Of a DNA stretch of 64,000 nt, positions 11,164-21,540 are shown one piece after another. This stretch comes from an uncultured Flavobacteriaceae bacterium (lineage in GTDB: Bacteria; Bacteroidota; Bacteroidia; Flavobacteriales; Flavobacteriaceae): contig CAVRNW010000010.1 of the NCBI GenBank assembly GCA_963722665.1, forward strand, positions 5,761 to 69,760, read 5' to 3'. The notes beneath the pieces are model-generated. The model had not been told where the DNA came from. It searched no databases and was given only the letters and a program-made list of their open reading frames with translations. Both the position numbers and the translations under genes were made by a program. Numbering within the stretch: the first letter of the stretch is position 1; every line of letters starts with the position of its first letter.

Positions 11164-12342
11164 CTAAAAATCAGCTTGTTTTTGAAAAAACTTAATTAAA
11201 AACAGATATCTAAACACTATAGCGATTAGTATAGGAATAAGCCCAATAGCGAACCTTTGAATGCCTATAATCCAATGCAAGGTCAAAAGGCAGATCATAA
11301 TTATTAAGAATTTTAAATACTTCTTAAACCAATTGCCTGGTCTGGTTTTTAATACCTGAAATACCATAAATAAATTAATTGCAAAGGCCCAAAGCAAATT
11401 GTAATTTTGAGCAGTCGCTTCATGATCAGTGGCAAACCATAATAAAAGAATGACTATTCCAATGAGTCCTGTAATTGTAAATAATAAAAAATCCAGCCAC
11501 TTACTTCGCTTATTTTGCTTTTGGTCCATAAAAGTAATATATGCAATCAATAAGCTTATTATTCCTAAAACAAATAATGGGCTAAAGAAAAAACTACCTA
11601 ACGATTTGGATTTTACATTCTTATAAATGATGTTTTCATTCTGTACTAATTTTTTTTCAGGATTGGATTTTATAATTGCTGTCTCAAAGAAATCATGAAT
11701 ATATTCTGGTAGAAACATATATTCAATTGGAGTTGCCTTTCTATCGATAACAGAGCCAAGGGCAAGATCAATTCCAAGACTTCCCCAGGAATTCCAATTT
11801 AAATTTTGTTGGATCAAGGACCTAAAAGTTTTTGGTTGAAAGGATGCTGGATTTTCGAATTCAATATCATTATTCAAAGCAATTACTAATACATCCCTGA
11901 TCTTGGTGGCACAATTATCATAAAAGAAATCATAGAGATAATATTGATTTGCGGGTTCATAATTTCTGGATAGATAGTTAAATACTCGTTGCTTTTCATC
12001 CAAAGTTAAATTAAGAACTTGTTCTCTGATTTCCCTGTCTTGTCTTATATAGCTTTCTTTGAAATCTTCAAAGTAGTTAGCACCAATTTTATAATTTAGT
12101 TTTCCCTGAGCAAATTTGGTATAGAAATTAGGGGTGTCAAAATCATAAACTCCATAATTAAATACAATATCCATCAAACTGTCTTTAACTCTATAGGCAC
12201 TATGCCCAAAAGAATCATTTAAGGAAGCTACCGGGCCAATGGTGAGGACACTTATTTTTGCATCTGGCGTGAGTTGATTGTACTGAGAATGCGCTGAAAG
12301 ACTTAGAAAGACGAATAATAGAGAAAGTAATTGATGCTTCAT
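11164..12342 (-). CDS. DUF4105 (Lnb N-terminal domain-like) protein with C-terminal transmembrane region
   Basis: Signal peptide MKHQLLSLLFVFLSLSAHSQ. The motif VLTIGPVASLNDSFGHSAYRV is typical of DUF4105. The C-terminal third has 4-5 TM helices. Confidence 0.6.
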   Translation of the reverse strand: MKHQLLSLLFVFLSLSAHSQYNQLTPDAKISVLTIGPVASLNDSFGHSAYRVKDSLMDIVFNYGVYDFDTPNFYTKFAQGKLNYKIGANYFEDFKESYIRQDREIREQVLNLTLDEKQRVFNYLSRNYEPANQYYLYDFFYDNCATKIRDVLVIALNNDIEFENPASFQPKTFRSLIQQNLNWNSWGSLGIDLALGSVIDRKATPIEYMFLPEYIHDFFETAIIKSNPEKKLVQNENIIYKNVKSKSLGSFFFSPLFVLGIISLLIAYITFMDQKQNKRSKWLDFLLFTITGLIGIVILLLWFATDHEATAQNYNLLWAFAINLFMVFQVLKTRPGNWFKKYLKFLIIMICLLTLHWIIGIQRFAIGLIPILIAIVFRYLFLIKFFQKQADF

Positions 12343-12353
12343 AGGCTTCTGTA

Positions 12354-13428
12354 TTATCTAAAAATACTAAAATCCAATTTTACAGAAAAGACATTGGAAT
12401 ACAAAGCAGTACTTTGGTCTCCAATATCTGTAAATGCATAGTCAACCTGTATGCCTTTATATTTAAATCCTAAACCAAAATTAGGTTGAAAACTTAATTC
12501 TTCGTTGTTGTCAATGGTTAATTCATTCTGAAAATTTCCTAGTCCTCCTCTAAGATAGATCATATCAATATAACCAAATTGAAATCCAAAAGCAGGATTT
12601 ATACTGGCAAAGGAAGAAGATATTAAATCATTATTTTCTTCAAATCGAACAATTAGATCAATTTCAGTAACCAAAGAATAATCATAATCAAAAACAAATG
12701 ATTTCGATATACCTAATTGTAATTTTGGAATGGTTACCTCAGAACTCTCTGGAACTTCCTGGTTTTGTCCATCAATTGCATTTTGTATGGTCGCCAGTTT
12801 ATCTTCATTAATACTCCATGAATTATAAGTGGTTGTTATATCTCTGGCCATTAACCCAAACTTCCAATTATTTTTACTTATCAAATTGTATACCCAAGTC
12901 TAATCCAAATCCCCATGAGCTGGCAAAGTCGCCAATAATTCTTCTTATGATCTTAGCATTGACTCCATAATTCAATCCATCCAGAGGTAATTTTCTTGCA
13001 TAAGAGAAGGTCAGTCCATAATCGGCAGTAGAAAAGAGACTGATTCTATCATAATTTATGTTGCCCTGATCATCAATTAATTGAGTAGTGTCCAAAATAT
13101 CGTCAACACCAAACCTGATAAGAGATAATGCAATGGTACTTCTATCATCCAAAGGCATCCCAAAAGCGGCATAATCATAATTAGCAATATTTGCGAAATA
13201 ACTGGCATGCATTAGGGCAATTTGGTTGTCCTCCAAATGAACTAATCCAGCCGGATTCCAGTACCCCGAATTTACATCATTACTTTGAGCTACAACAGCA
13301 TTGCTCATTCCAAGAGCGGCTGCATCAACGCCAATATTCATGAATTCATTTGAGTATTTTTTGGTTTGTGCAAAACCCAAAGTAGAAATCACTAACACTA
13401 AGCTTAAAATACTATTTTTCAAAAGCAA
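12354..13428 (-). CDS. PorV/PorQ-family outer-membrane beta-barrel protein (T9SS-associated family); one frameshift near 12880
   Basis: Signal peptide, then NEFMNIGVDAAALGMSNAVVAQSNDVNSGYWNPAGL, a motif shared by PorV/PorQ-type OMPs. The product ends in an aromatic residue pattern (..KLDFSIFR). ORFs 12874-13428 and 12354-12884 join as ..GIQFDK|ISKNNWKFGL. The apparent start codon is TTG. Confidence 0.5.
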
Positions 13429-13545
13429 CTTTTTTTATTTAGAAAGGGCACCTTTTTTAAATTAATAAACTGTAAAAAGAATTAGATATTGTATTTCAAT
13501 TGTATTAGACGAAAATAGTTTACTATTTTTACAAAAACTAACTAT

Positions 13546-14301
13546 ATGACTTTAAAAAGACATATTCCCAATATAATTACCTTACTAAATGTTTTGTGTG
13601 GAAGTGTTGCCGTAATATTTGCTGCTAACGGTAATTTTGTCTTGGCTTCTACTTTTGTTTTTCTTGGTATATTTTTTGATTTTTTTGATGGCTTATTAGC
13701 CAGAAAACTTGATGTTCAAAGTGAATTAGGAATTCAACTGGATTCTTTAGCTGATATGATAACGAGTGGATTAGTTCCCGGGATCATTATGTTTAAACTA
13801 TTATCCCTGGTTGTGAATCCTTCTGATGCATTTATTTCCAATGATTGGAATTCATACTTCAGTTTGTCTGGAGTGAAAGCTTCCTTGTTACCATTTTTAG
13901 CCTTTTTAATTCCAATGGCTTCAGCCTATAGATTAGGAAAATTCAATATTGATGAAAATCAACAAACATATTTCATTGGTTTGCCTACTCCGGCAAATAC
14001 TTTACTGATCATTTCATTACCACTCATATTGGAATTTCAAAATAATGATTTGATGAATTCCATAATACTGAACAAATGGTTTTTAATATTTTTAACTTTA
14101 TTAAGTTCGTATTTATTGAATTCTAGGATCAAACTTTTTGCATTAAAGTTCAAAGATTGGAGTTTTAAAAGCAATTCCATAAGATATGTCTTCCTTCTTT
14201 TAAGCGTATTGTCATTGATTGTATTAAAATTCGCAGCTATACCGTTTATAGTCGTAATCTATATATTCATGTCTTTATTAAATAATATAGCCTCAAAATA
14301 A
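13546..14301 (+). CDS. pssA: CDP-diacylglycerol--serine O-phosphatidyltransferase (CDP-alcohol phosphatidyltransferase family)
   Basis: The motif FFDFFDGLLARKLDVQSELGIQLDSLADMITSG fits D-x2-DG-x2-AR-x8-G-x3-D-x3-D. The protein is multi-TM. Confidence 0.8.
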   Translation: MTLKRHIPNIITLLNVLCGSVAVIFAANGNFVLASTFVFLGIFFDFFDGLLARKLDVQSELGIQLDSLADMITSGLVPGIIMFKLLSLVVNPSDAFISNDWNSYFSLSGVKASLLPFLAFLIPMASAYRLGKFNIDENQQTYFIGLPTPANTLLIISLPLILEFQNNDLMNSIILNKWFLIFLTLLSSYLLNSRIKLFALKFKDWSFKSNSIRYVFLLLSVLSLIVLKFAAIPFIVVIYIFMSLLNNIASK

Positions 14302-14316
14302 TCAATTAAATAGTTT

Positions 14317-15177
14317 ATGGCATCAGGTTTTTTTGCATTATTAGATGATATTGCCGCACTTATGGATGATGTGGTGGTGATGAGTAAAATAACTACAAAA
14401 AAAACCGCAGGTATCCTGGGTGATGACCTTGCAGTAAATGCTGAAAAAGCATCTGGATTCGTAGCTTCCAGAGAATTACCGGTTCTATGGGCGATTACAA
14501 AAGGTTCGTTTTTAAACAAGCTTATCATATTACCTATAGCCTTCGTATTAAGTTATTATTTGCCGTGGCTGGTTACAGTCTTATTGTTAATTGGCGGGCT
14601 TTATTTGGCTTATGAAGGTGCTGAAAAAATATATGAGTTTCTTTTTCCTCATAATGATGGTTCACATGTGATTAATTTTGATAAAACGGACAAATCCAAA
14701 GTCTTGGAGTTGGAGAAGAAAAAGATAAAATCGGCTATTTTAACTGATTTCATTCTTTCTGTTGAAATCGTTATCATTGCTTTAGGTACCGTAAGTGAAA
14801 AAGAATTAACTATTCAAATCCTTGTTGTTTCGTTTGTTGCCTTATTGGCAACTGTGGGTGTCTATGGTATTGTGGCATTAATTGTTCGGATGGATGATTT
14901 AGGCTGGCGTTTCATAAAACTGAGTAAGGGCAACAAAAATATGCTTTATCACATAGGAAGATTGATGGTAAGAGCGCTTCCTAAGATCATAAAAAGCCTT
15001 TCCGTAATAGGAACTATAGCTTTGTTATTGGTCTCAGGTGGAATATTTATCCATAAAATCGAATATTTACATCATTTTTTAGACGTATTGCCAGGGATAA
15101 TAAGAGATTTTATTGTGGGATTAATAGTTGGGCTAATAGTATTATTTATAATAAAACTGATTAAAAAATTATTTTAG
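14317..15177 (+). CDS. DUF808 (YedI-like) inner membrane protein
   Basis: MASGFFALLDDIAALMDDVVVMSKITTKKTAGILGDDLAVNAEKASGF closely resembles the YedI/DUF808 N-terminus. Confidence 0.75.
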   Translation: MASGFFALLDDIAALMDDVVVMSKITTKKTAGILGDDLAVNAEKASGFVASRELPVLWAITKGSFLNKLIILPIAFVLSYYLPWLVTVLLLIGGLYLAYEGAEKIYEFLFPHNDGSHVINFDKTDKSKVLELEKKKIKSAILTDFILSVEIVIIALGTVSEKELTIQILVVSFVALLATVGVYGIVALIVRMDDLGWRFIKLSKGNKNMLYHIGRLMVRALPKIIKSLSVIGTIALLLVSGGIFIHKIEYLHHFLDVLPGIIRDFIVGLIVGLIVLFIIKLIKKLF

Positions 15178-15184
15178 ACCAGCC

Positions 15185-15926
15185 TTAAAAATCCAACTTC
15201 TTCTTGCGTAGTTCAAAATTTTGCCCTAGATATACTTTACGCACCATTTCGTCATTGGCAAGTTCTTCAGGTACTCCGGCTTTTAGGATGCTTCCTTCAA
15301 ACATCAAATAGGTCCTGTCTGTAATGGCTAAAGTTTCCTGTACATTATGATCTGTAATTAAAATACCAATATTCTTTTTTGTCAATCTTGCGACAATACG
15401 TTGTATATCTTCAACGGCAACCGGGTCAACTCCGGCGAATGGTTCATCTAACAAAATAAAACTTGGATCAGTTGCCAGTGCACGAGCAATTTCTGTCCGT
15501 CGTCTTTCACCACCTGACAAGAAGATCACCCCTGTTTTTACGAATATGTCCTAGTCCGAACTCCTCAATGAGTTCTTCCATTTTATCAAGCTGCTCCTGC
15601 TTGCTGAGTGAGGTCAATTGCAGCACGCTCAAAATATTGTCTTCAATGCTTAATTTTCTAAAAACTGAAGCCTCCTGAGCCAAATAGCCAATGCCATTTT
15701 GAGCTCGCTTATACATAGGATACTTTGTTATTTCAGTGTTATCTAAATAGATTTTACCGCCATTTGGTTTAATAAGCCCTACAATCATATAAAAACAAGT
15801 AGTTTTACCTGCTCCATTAGGTCCTAATAATCCAACGATTTCTCCTTGATTAACTTCTAGTGAGACATCTTTGACAACTTTTCTCCCATTATAGGATTTT
15901 AATAGATCTTCAGCTCTTAATTTCAT
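15185..15926 (-). CDS. lptB: LPS export ABC transporter ATP-binding protein LptB, split by a single-base frameshift just before the ABC signature
   Basis: Walker [13 protein letters not shown] lies in ORF 15507-15926. The signature [15 protein letters not shown], Walker [14 protein letters not shown] and H-loop ITDHN lie in ORF 15185-15529. The junction reads ..RKNRGDLL(V)|SGGERRR. Confidence 0.85.
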
Positions 15927-15949
15927 AGTTACAATAAAGCAAATATTAT

Positions 15950-16297
15950 TTAATTATTAGTTTCCAATGCTTCCCAAAACTCAAAAGCACGACGTAAATG
16001 CGGAATAACGATAGTACCTCCAACTAAAGTGGCAATGCTCAAAGCCTCTACAACTTCCTCCTTATTCAATCCTATTTTTTTGCTATTTTCCAAATGATAT
16101 TTTATACAATCATCACAACGTAAAACAGTGGAAGCAACTAAACCCAGAAGCTCCTTCGTTTTGACATCCAAAGCACCTTCCTGATAAGCATTGGTATCTA
16201 AGTTAAAAATGCGCTTGATTACTTTATTGTTATCTGCTAAAATTTTATCATTCATTTTAGAACGATAATCATTAAACTCTTTAACTGGATTTGACAT
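15950..16297 (-). CDS. Carboxymuconolactone decarboxylase (AhpD-like) family protein
   Basis: 115 aa with the CxxC-containing motif [11 protein letters not shown] and the small all-helical size typical of the CMD family. Confidence 0.7.
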   Translation of the reverse strand: MSNPVKEFNDYRSKMNDKILADNNKVIKRIFNLDTNAYQEGALDVKTKELLGLVASTVLRCDDCIKYHLENSKKIGLNKEEVVEALSIATLVGGTIVIPHLRRAFEFWEALETNN

Positions 16298-17114
16298 ATT
16301 TTTCCTCTTTCTTCTTTTGATTTCGTACTACAACTTTTGATATATATATACTTACTTGATATAAGATTAAAATTGGAATTGCTACTATAATTTGGCTTGC
16401 AATATCGGGAGGTGTAATTATGGCGGATAGGATTAATACTATTACCAATGCATATTTGCGATATTTCTTTAAGAATTCCGGTGTCACTAAACCTATTTTA
16501 GTCAGAAAAAATATAATAATTGGTAATTCAAACACTAAGCCCGATGCCAAAGCAGCTGACCTAACTAAACCAATATAAGAACTTATATCAATTTGGTTAT
16601 CTACCATTTCTGAAATACTATAGTTAGCTAAAAAGTTAATAGATAATGGTGTCACAATATAATAGCCAAATAAAACACCTATAAAGAATAATAAAGAAGA
16701 AATAGTAATAAACCCTTTGGAATATTTACGCTCATTCTCATGCAATCCCGGGCTGATGAATTTCCATAATTGGTAAATTACGTAAGGAAAAGCAATAATA
16801 AAGCCAGCTAATACCGATGTCCAAATATCTGCTGAAAATTGTCCGGCCATAGTTCTGTTTTGCAGTATCAATGGAATTTTGTCTCCACAAAAAGTAGTAT
16901 TGACATCTAAAAAGGTGCCTGCCTTACATAGAAGAGCATAGGTTATAAAATCCATCTTAAGAGGGGCGAATATAATTCCATCAAAAAGATGTTTACTAAA
17001 TACATACGCAAAGGTTCCAACAATTATAATAGCCGAAAATGCCCTTATTAAATGCCATCTTAAGTCTTCAAGATGGTCAAGAAATGACATTTCGTTCACG
17101 TTTCTTTCTGCCAT
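16281..17114 (-). CDS. tatC: Twin-arginine translocase subunit TatC
   Basis: MSFLDHLEDLRWHLIRAF.., six TM segments and LVFELPIIIFFLTKIGLVTPEFLKKYRKYALV. Confidence 0.85.
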   Translation of the reverse strand: MAERNVNEMSFLDHLEDLRWHLIRAFSAIIIVGTFAYVFSKHLFDGIIFAPLKMDFITYALLCKAGTFLDVNTTFCGDKIPLILQNRTMAGQFSADIWTSVLAGFIIAFPYVIYQLWKFISPGLHENERKYSKGFITISSLLFFIGVLFGYYIVTPLSINFLANYSISEMVDNQIDISSYIGLVRSAALASGLVFELPIIIFFLTKIGLVTPEFLKKYRKYALVIVLILSAIITPPDIASQIIVAIPILILYQVSIYISKVVVRNQKKKEEKYVKSS

Positions 17115-18079
17115 TATAATATGCCTTCTTTAATTAGGTCATGCAAATGTACAACACCTGCATATTTACCTTTTTCTTCAACAAGTAATTGTGAAATCCC
17201 ATGTTGCTCCATCATGTCCATCGCATCTACTGCCATGGCATCGAAATCAATCCGTTTAGGGTTTTTCGTCATAATGTCTTTTGCAGTTAAACCGGAAAAA
17301 TCAGTTACTTTAGTTAACATTCTACGTAAATCTCCGTCTGTGATAATTCCAATGATCTTGCCTTTTTCAATAACTGCAGTAACCCCAAGAAGTTTTTCCG
17401 TGATCTCCACAATTACCTGGCCAATATTGGTGTCTGGTGTGACAGCTGGTTTTTGATTTACAGATGATAGGTCATGGACTCTCAAATACAATTTTTTACC
17501 CAATGCACCTCCAGGGTGGTATTTTGCAAAATCTTTACTCGAAAATCCTCGTATTTCCAACAGGCAAATTGCCAAGGCATCTCCAATAACCAATTGCGCT
17601 GTTGTGCTTGTAGTAGGAGCCAAATTATTTGGACAAGCTTCTTTCTGCACAAAAGTGTTTAGTATATAATCGGCCTGTTGCCCTAAAAATGAATCTTTAT
17701 TTCCGGTAATTGCTATCATTTTATTCTTTGCATTCCTTATAAGAGGCACTAAAACTTTAATTTCAGGAGTATTACCGCTTTTTGATATGCACATCACAAT
17801 ATCATCTTTCAGAATCAATCCTAAATCTCCATGAATCGCATCGGCTGCATGCATAAAAATAGCAGGAGTCCCGGTTGAATTCAATGTAGCTACTATTTTT
17901 GTTGCTATTATAGCGCTCTTTCCAACGCCTGTAATTATTACTCTGCCTTTAGACTTGTAAATCAGTTGAACTGCATTTGCAAAATCATCATCAAGTAACT
18001 CTGAAAGGTTAGAAATCGCCTTACTTTCTATTTCAATAGTTTTTTTTGCAATGTTTAAAATAGAATTTTTATTGTTCAA
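17114..18079 (-). CDS. kpsF: Arabinose-5-phosphate isomerase (KpsF/GutQ family; SIS plus tandem CBS domains)
   Basis: GRVIITGVGKSAIIATKIVATLNSTGTPAIFMHAADAIHGDLG (SIS), then CBS pair motifs. The only in-frame start is TTG at 18079. Confidence 0.85.
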   Translation of the reverse strand: MNNKNSILNIAKKTIEIESKAISNLSELLDDDFANAVQLIYKSKGRVIITGVGKSAIIATKIVATLNSTGTPAIFMHAADAIHGDLGLILKDDIVMCISKSGNTPEIKVLVPLIRNAKNKMIAITGNKDSFLGQQADYILNTFVQKEACPNNLAPTTSTTAQLVIGDALAICLLEIRGFSSKDFAKYHPGGALGKKLYLRVHDLSSVNQKPAVTPDTNIGQVIVEITEKLLGVTAVIEKGKIIGIITDGDLRRMLTKVTDFSGLTAKDIMTKNPKRIDFDAMAVDAMDMMEQHGISQLLVEEKGKYAGVVHLHDLIKEGIL

Positions 18080-18270
18080 AATTTATCAGATTTAGTATTT
18101 GTGTCCTATAAAGATTTTGTTATCTTTAAAGATACACTAACTTATAAAAAGTTTAGACATACAAAAAAACGAAAAATATAATTAGAGTTATTTAAATAAA
18201 TTATAAAATCATGATTTATTTGAGATTTCTTTAATTTTAAAAATTACTATTTACAATTTATAGGGAATTA

Positions 18271-20472
18271 ATGAATACGGTAAATGTTGACTTACATTCA
18301 GCTTTAAAAAAATACTTTGGATTTAGTCAGTTTAAAGGGCTGCAAGAAGTAGTGATCAAAAGTTTGGTCTCTGGCAATAATACATTCGTTATTATGCCAA
18401 CAGGAGGAGGAAAATCACTATGCTATCAATTGCCTGCTTTAATAAAGGAAGGAACAGCTATAATAGTCTCTCCATTAATAGCACTGATGAAAAATCAGGT
18501 AGATGCGATGAGAGGGATTTCTAATGAAGAAGGTGTTGCCCATGTGTTAAATTCTTCTTTAAACAAGACGGAGGTCAAAAAGGTTAAAGAGGATATTACT
18601 AATGGTATAACGAAGTTATTGTATGTAGCACCGGAATCTTTAACAAAATTGGAAAATGTTGATTTTTTACGATCTGTGAAGATCTCATTTTTAGCGGTAG
18701 ATGAAGCGCATTGCATCAGTGAATGGGGACATGATTTTAGGCCGGAATATAGAAATCTAAGAGGTATTATTGAACGTATAGATGAAAGTGTCCCAATAAT
18801 TGGTCTAACAGCTACTGCTACTCCTAAAGTTCAGGAAGATATTCTTAAAAATCTTCGAATTACTGATGCTAAAACTTTCAAGGCATCTTTCAACAGACCT
18901 AATTTATATTATGAGGTTCGTCCAAAAACAAAAGATGTCGATTCAGATATCATTCGATTTATAAAGAAAAATGCAAATAAATCTGGTATAGTTTATTGTT
19001 TGAGCAGAAAAAGAGTTGAGCAATTGTCTCAAGTGCTTCAGGTAAATGGAATAAAGGCGGTGCCCTATCATGCGGGTTTAGATTCTAAAACTAGAGCCAG
19101 ACATCAGGATATGTTCTTAATGGAAGATATAGATGTAGTAGTTGCAACAATAGCATTTGGTATGGGAATTGACAAACCCGATGTGAGGTTTGTAATTCAC
19201 CATGATATTCCCAAGAGTATTGAAAGTTATTATCAGGAAACTGGTCGTGCCGGAAGGGATGGAGGAGAAGGACACTGTTTAGCGTTTTATGCCTATAAGG
19301 ATATAGAGAAATTGGAAAAATTCATGGCAGGTAAGCCGGTTGCAGAGCAAGAGATTGGTCATGCTTTGTTACATGAGGTTGTAGCTTATGCAGAAACTTC
19401 TATTTCCAGACGAAAATTCATGCTTCATTATTTTGGAGAAGATTTCGATAATGAAACTGGAGAAGGTGGAGATATGGACGATAATGTCAGATTTCCAAAA
19501 AAGAAACATGAAGCCAAAAATGAAGTTGTCAAACTACTTAAAGTGGTGCTTGACACTAATGAAAAGTATAAAAGTAAAGACCTGGTGAATGTCATGGTTG
19601 GTCATGCTAATGCAATGATCAAATCTCATAAAACAGATGCACAACCATACTTTGGTATTGGTAAAGAGCGAGAGAAAGGTTACTGGATGGCATTGATAAG
19701 ACAAGTATTAATCGCAAAATTACTCAATAAGAATATTGAAACCTACGGAGTCCTGAATATAACCAAAAGAGGTAAAGATTTTATAAAATCACCACAACCT
19801 TTTGATATGACTGAGGATCATGTTTTTGATGATGGTTCAGAAGATAATATATTATCAGCCTCCAAGGCTGGAGGGGCAGTTGCGGATAAAGCTTTGCTTT
19901 CTATGTTAAAAGATTTGAGGAAATCTAATGCAAAAAAACTTGGAATTCCTCCCTTTGTTATTTTTCAGGATCCATCACTGGAAGACATGGCTTTAAAATA
20001 TCCAATTACTCTGGAAGAACTCAATAATATTCATGGAGTAGGTGAAGGCAAGGCCAAAAAATATGGAGAAGATTTTGTAAGCCTGATAGCTAAGTATGTT
20101 GAGGAGAATGACATATTGCGTCCGGATGATTTAGTGGTTAAATCAACAGGTTCAAATTCTGCCTTAAAACTATACATTATAACCAATGTTGATAGAAAGT
20201 TACCATTAGACGATATTGCTTCTGCTAAAGGCATGCAGATGTCAGAATTTATCAAAGAAATGGAAGCCATTGTTTTTTCAGGAACAAAACTGAATATAAA
20301 TTATTGGATAGATGAAATTCTGGATGAAGAGCAACAAGAGGAGATCTTTGACTATTTCATGGAATCTGAAACAGATAAAATAGATGATGCAATTGATGAA
20401 TTTGATGGTGATTATGATGACGAGGAGCTGCGATTATTCAGAATAAAATTCATTAGTGAAGTTGCTAATTAA
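18271..20472 (+). CDS. recQ: ATP-dependent DNA helicase RecQ
   Basis: FGFSQFKGLQEVVI, MPTGGGKSLCYQLPA, DEAHCISEWGHDFRPEY, the helicase C region, RQC and C-terminal HRDC-like regions; 733 aa, intact. Confidence 0.9.
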   Translation: MNTVNVDLHSALKKYFGFSQFKGLQEVVIKSLVSGNNTFVIMPTGGGKSLCYQLPALIKEGTAIIVSPLIALMKNQVDAMRGISNEEGVAHVLNSSLNKTEVKKVKEDITNGITKLLYVAPESLTKLENVDFLRSVKISFLAVDEAHCISEWGHDFRPEYRNLRGIIERIDESVPIIGLTATATPKVQEDILKNLRITDAKTFKASFNRPNLYYEVRPKTKDVDSDIIRFIKKNANKSGIVYCLSRKRVEQLSQVLQVNGIKAVPYHAGLDSKTRARHQDMFLMEDIDVVVATIAFGMGIDKPDVRFVIHHDIPKSIESYYQETGRAGRDGGEGHCLAFYAYKDIEKLEKFMAGKPVAEQEIGHALLHEVVAYAETSISRRKFMLHYFGEDFDNETGEGGDMDDNVRFPKKKHEAKNEVVKLLKVVLDTNEKYKSKDLVNVMVGHANAMIKSHKTDAQPYFGIGKEREKGYWMALIRQVLIAKLLNKNIETYGVLNITKRGKDFIKSPQPFDMTEDHVFDDGSEDNILSASKAGGAVADKALLSMLKDLRKSNAKKLGIPPFVIFQDPSLEDMALKYPITLEELNNIHGVGEGKAKKYGEDFVSLIAKYVEENDILRPDDLVVKSTGSNSALKLYIITNVDRKLPLDDIASAKGMQMSEFIKEMEAIVFSGTKLNINYWIDEILDEEQQEEIFDYFMESETDKIDDAIDEFDGDYDDEELRLFRIKFISEVAN

Positions 20473-20504
20473 ATATCTGCTAAACTTTAATTGTCATTCA
20501 ATTT

Positions 20505-20532
20505 TTTGCAAACAACGATATTTGTATCTTTG
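20505..20532 (+). promoter_or_regulatory. Candidate Bacteroidota-type promoter (-33 TTTG, -7 TATCTTTG) for the PPIase gene
   Basis: TTTG at 20505-20508, a 16-nt spacer, then TATCTTTG at 20525-20532 (matches TAnnTTTG), 23 nt upstream of the ATG at 20556. Confidence 0.35.
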
Positions 20533-20555
20533 CAACCTATTAAAAAAAATATAGC

Positions 20556-21488
20556 ATGCAAGACGGTTTATACGCAAAATTCAACACTAGTAAAGGAGAA
20601 ATACTAGTAAAATTAGAATATCAAAAAACTCCGGGAACAGTTGGAAACTTCGTTGCTTTAGCGGAGGGAGATTTAGAAAATTCAGCTAAGCAACAAGGTC
20701 AAAAATATTACGATGGTCTAAAATTTCATAGAGTTATTCCAGATTTTATGATTCAAGGTGGTTGTCCGCTAAGTACAGGTACCGGAAATCCAGGATATCA
20801 ATTTGATGATGAATTTCATCCAGATCTAAAACATAATGCACCAGGAATTCTATCAATGGCTAATGCTGGTCCAGGAACCAATGGCAGCCAATTTTTCATT
20901 ACTCATGTAGCTACTCCGTGGTTAGATAATAAACATACAGTTTTTGGCAGAGTAGAAAATGGCCAGGAGGTAGTTGATGAGATTCAACAAGAGGATATAA
21001 TTGAAAGTATTGAGATCATAAGAGTTGGTGAAAAAGCTAAGGCATTTAATTCCGTTGAAGCTTTTAGAACTTTTGAAGGCTCACGAGAAAAGAGATTAAC
21101 AGAAGAAAAAATGAAAGCAGAAGCTGCATTAGAAAAATTAGCAGGTGGTTTTGATAAAACAGACAGTGGGTTGCGTTATAAGATTTTACAAAAAGGTCAA
21201 GGTAAGACAGCAGAAAAAGGTAAAACCGTTTCTGTTCACTATAAAGGCCAACTAGCAGATGGTACTGTTTTTGACTCTTCCTATAAAAGAAATAGTCCTA
21301 TAGATTTTCCATTAGGAGTTGGACAAGTAATTAAAGGTTGGGATGAAGGCATTCAACTGCTAAAAGTAGGTGATAAAGCCCGTTTAGTAATACCAAGTAA
21401 TTTAGGTTATGGTGCTCAAGGTGCCGGCGGAGTTATTCCCCCAAATGCCACTCTAATTTTTGATGTGGAATTGATGGATGTAAAATAA
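20556..21488 (+). CDS. Dual-family peptidyl-prolyl isomerase: N-terminal cyclophilin domain fused to a C-terminal FKBP domain
   Basis: Cyclophilin motifs [31 protein letters not shown] and HTVFGRV. FKBP motifs [27 protein letters not shown] and [23 protein letters not shown]. Confidence 0.85.
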   Translation: MQDGLYAKFNTSKGEILVKLEYQKTPGTVGNFVALAEGDLENSAKQQGQKYYDGLKFHRVIPDFMIQGGCPLSTGTGNPGYQFDDEFHPDLKHNAPGILSMANAGPGTNGSQFFITHVATPWLDNKHTVFGRVENGQEVVDEIQQEDIIESIEIIRVGEKAKAFNSVEAFRTFEGSREKRLTEEKMKAEAALEKLAGGFDKTDSGLRYKILQKGQGKTAEKGKTVSVHYKGQLADGTVFDSSYKRNSPIDFPLGVGQVIKGWDEGIQLLKVGDKARLVIPSNLGYGAQGAGGVIPPNATLIFDVELMDVK

Positions 21489-21510
21489 AAGGCTTTATTA
21501 AGTAAGTCTG

Positions 21511-21540
21511 AGCCTCCTGGAAAAGGGAGGCTTTATTTTT
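21511..21540. terminator. Rho-independent (bidirectional) terminator between convergent genes
   Basis: Stem AGCCTCC (21511-21517), loop TGGAAAAG, stem GGAGGCT (21526-21532), followed by TTATTTTTT. Confidence 0.65.

Noticed and set aside
17121-17662. Plus-strand ORFs (111 aa and 62 aa) inside kpsF. Similar antisense ORFs occur inside uvrB (23227-23481), cca (38692-39117), ccoI (60220-60546), the VWA gene (62803-63135, 63394-63678), dapD (45425-45676) and the adhesin genes.
   Set aside because: They lie entirely within, and antisense to, genes with strong family motifs. Their products are low-complexity or Ser/Pro/Thr-rich with no recognisable motifs, so they are shadow ORFs.
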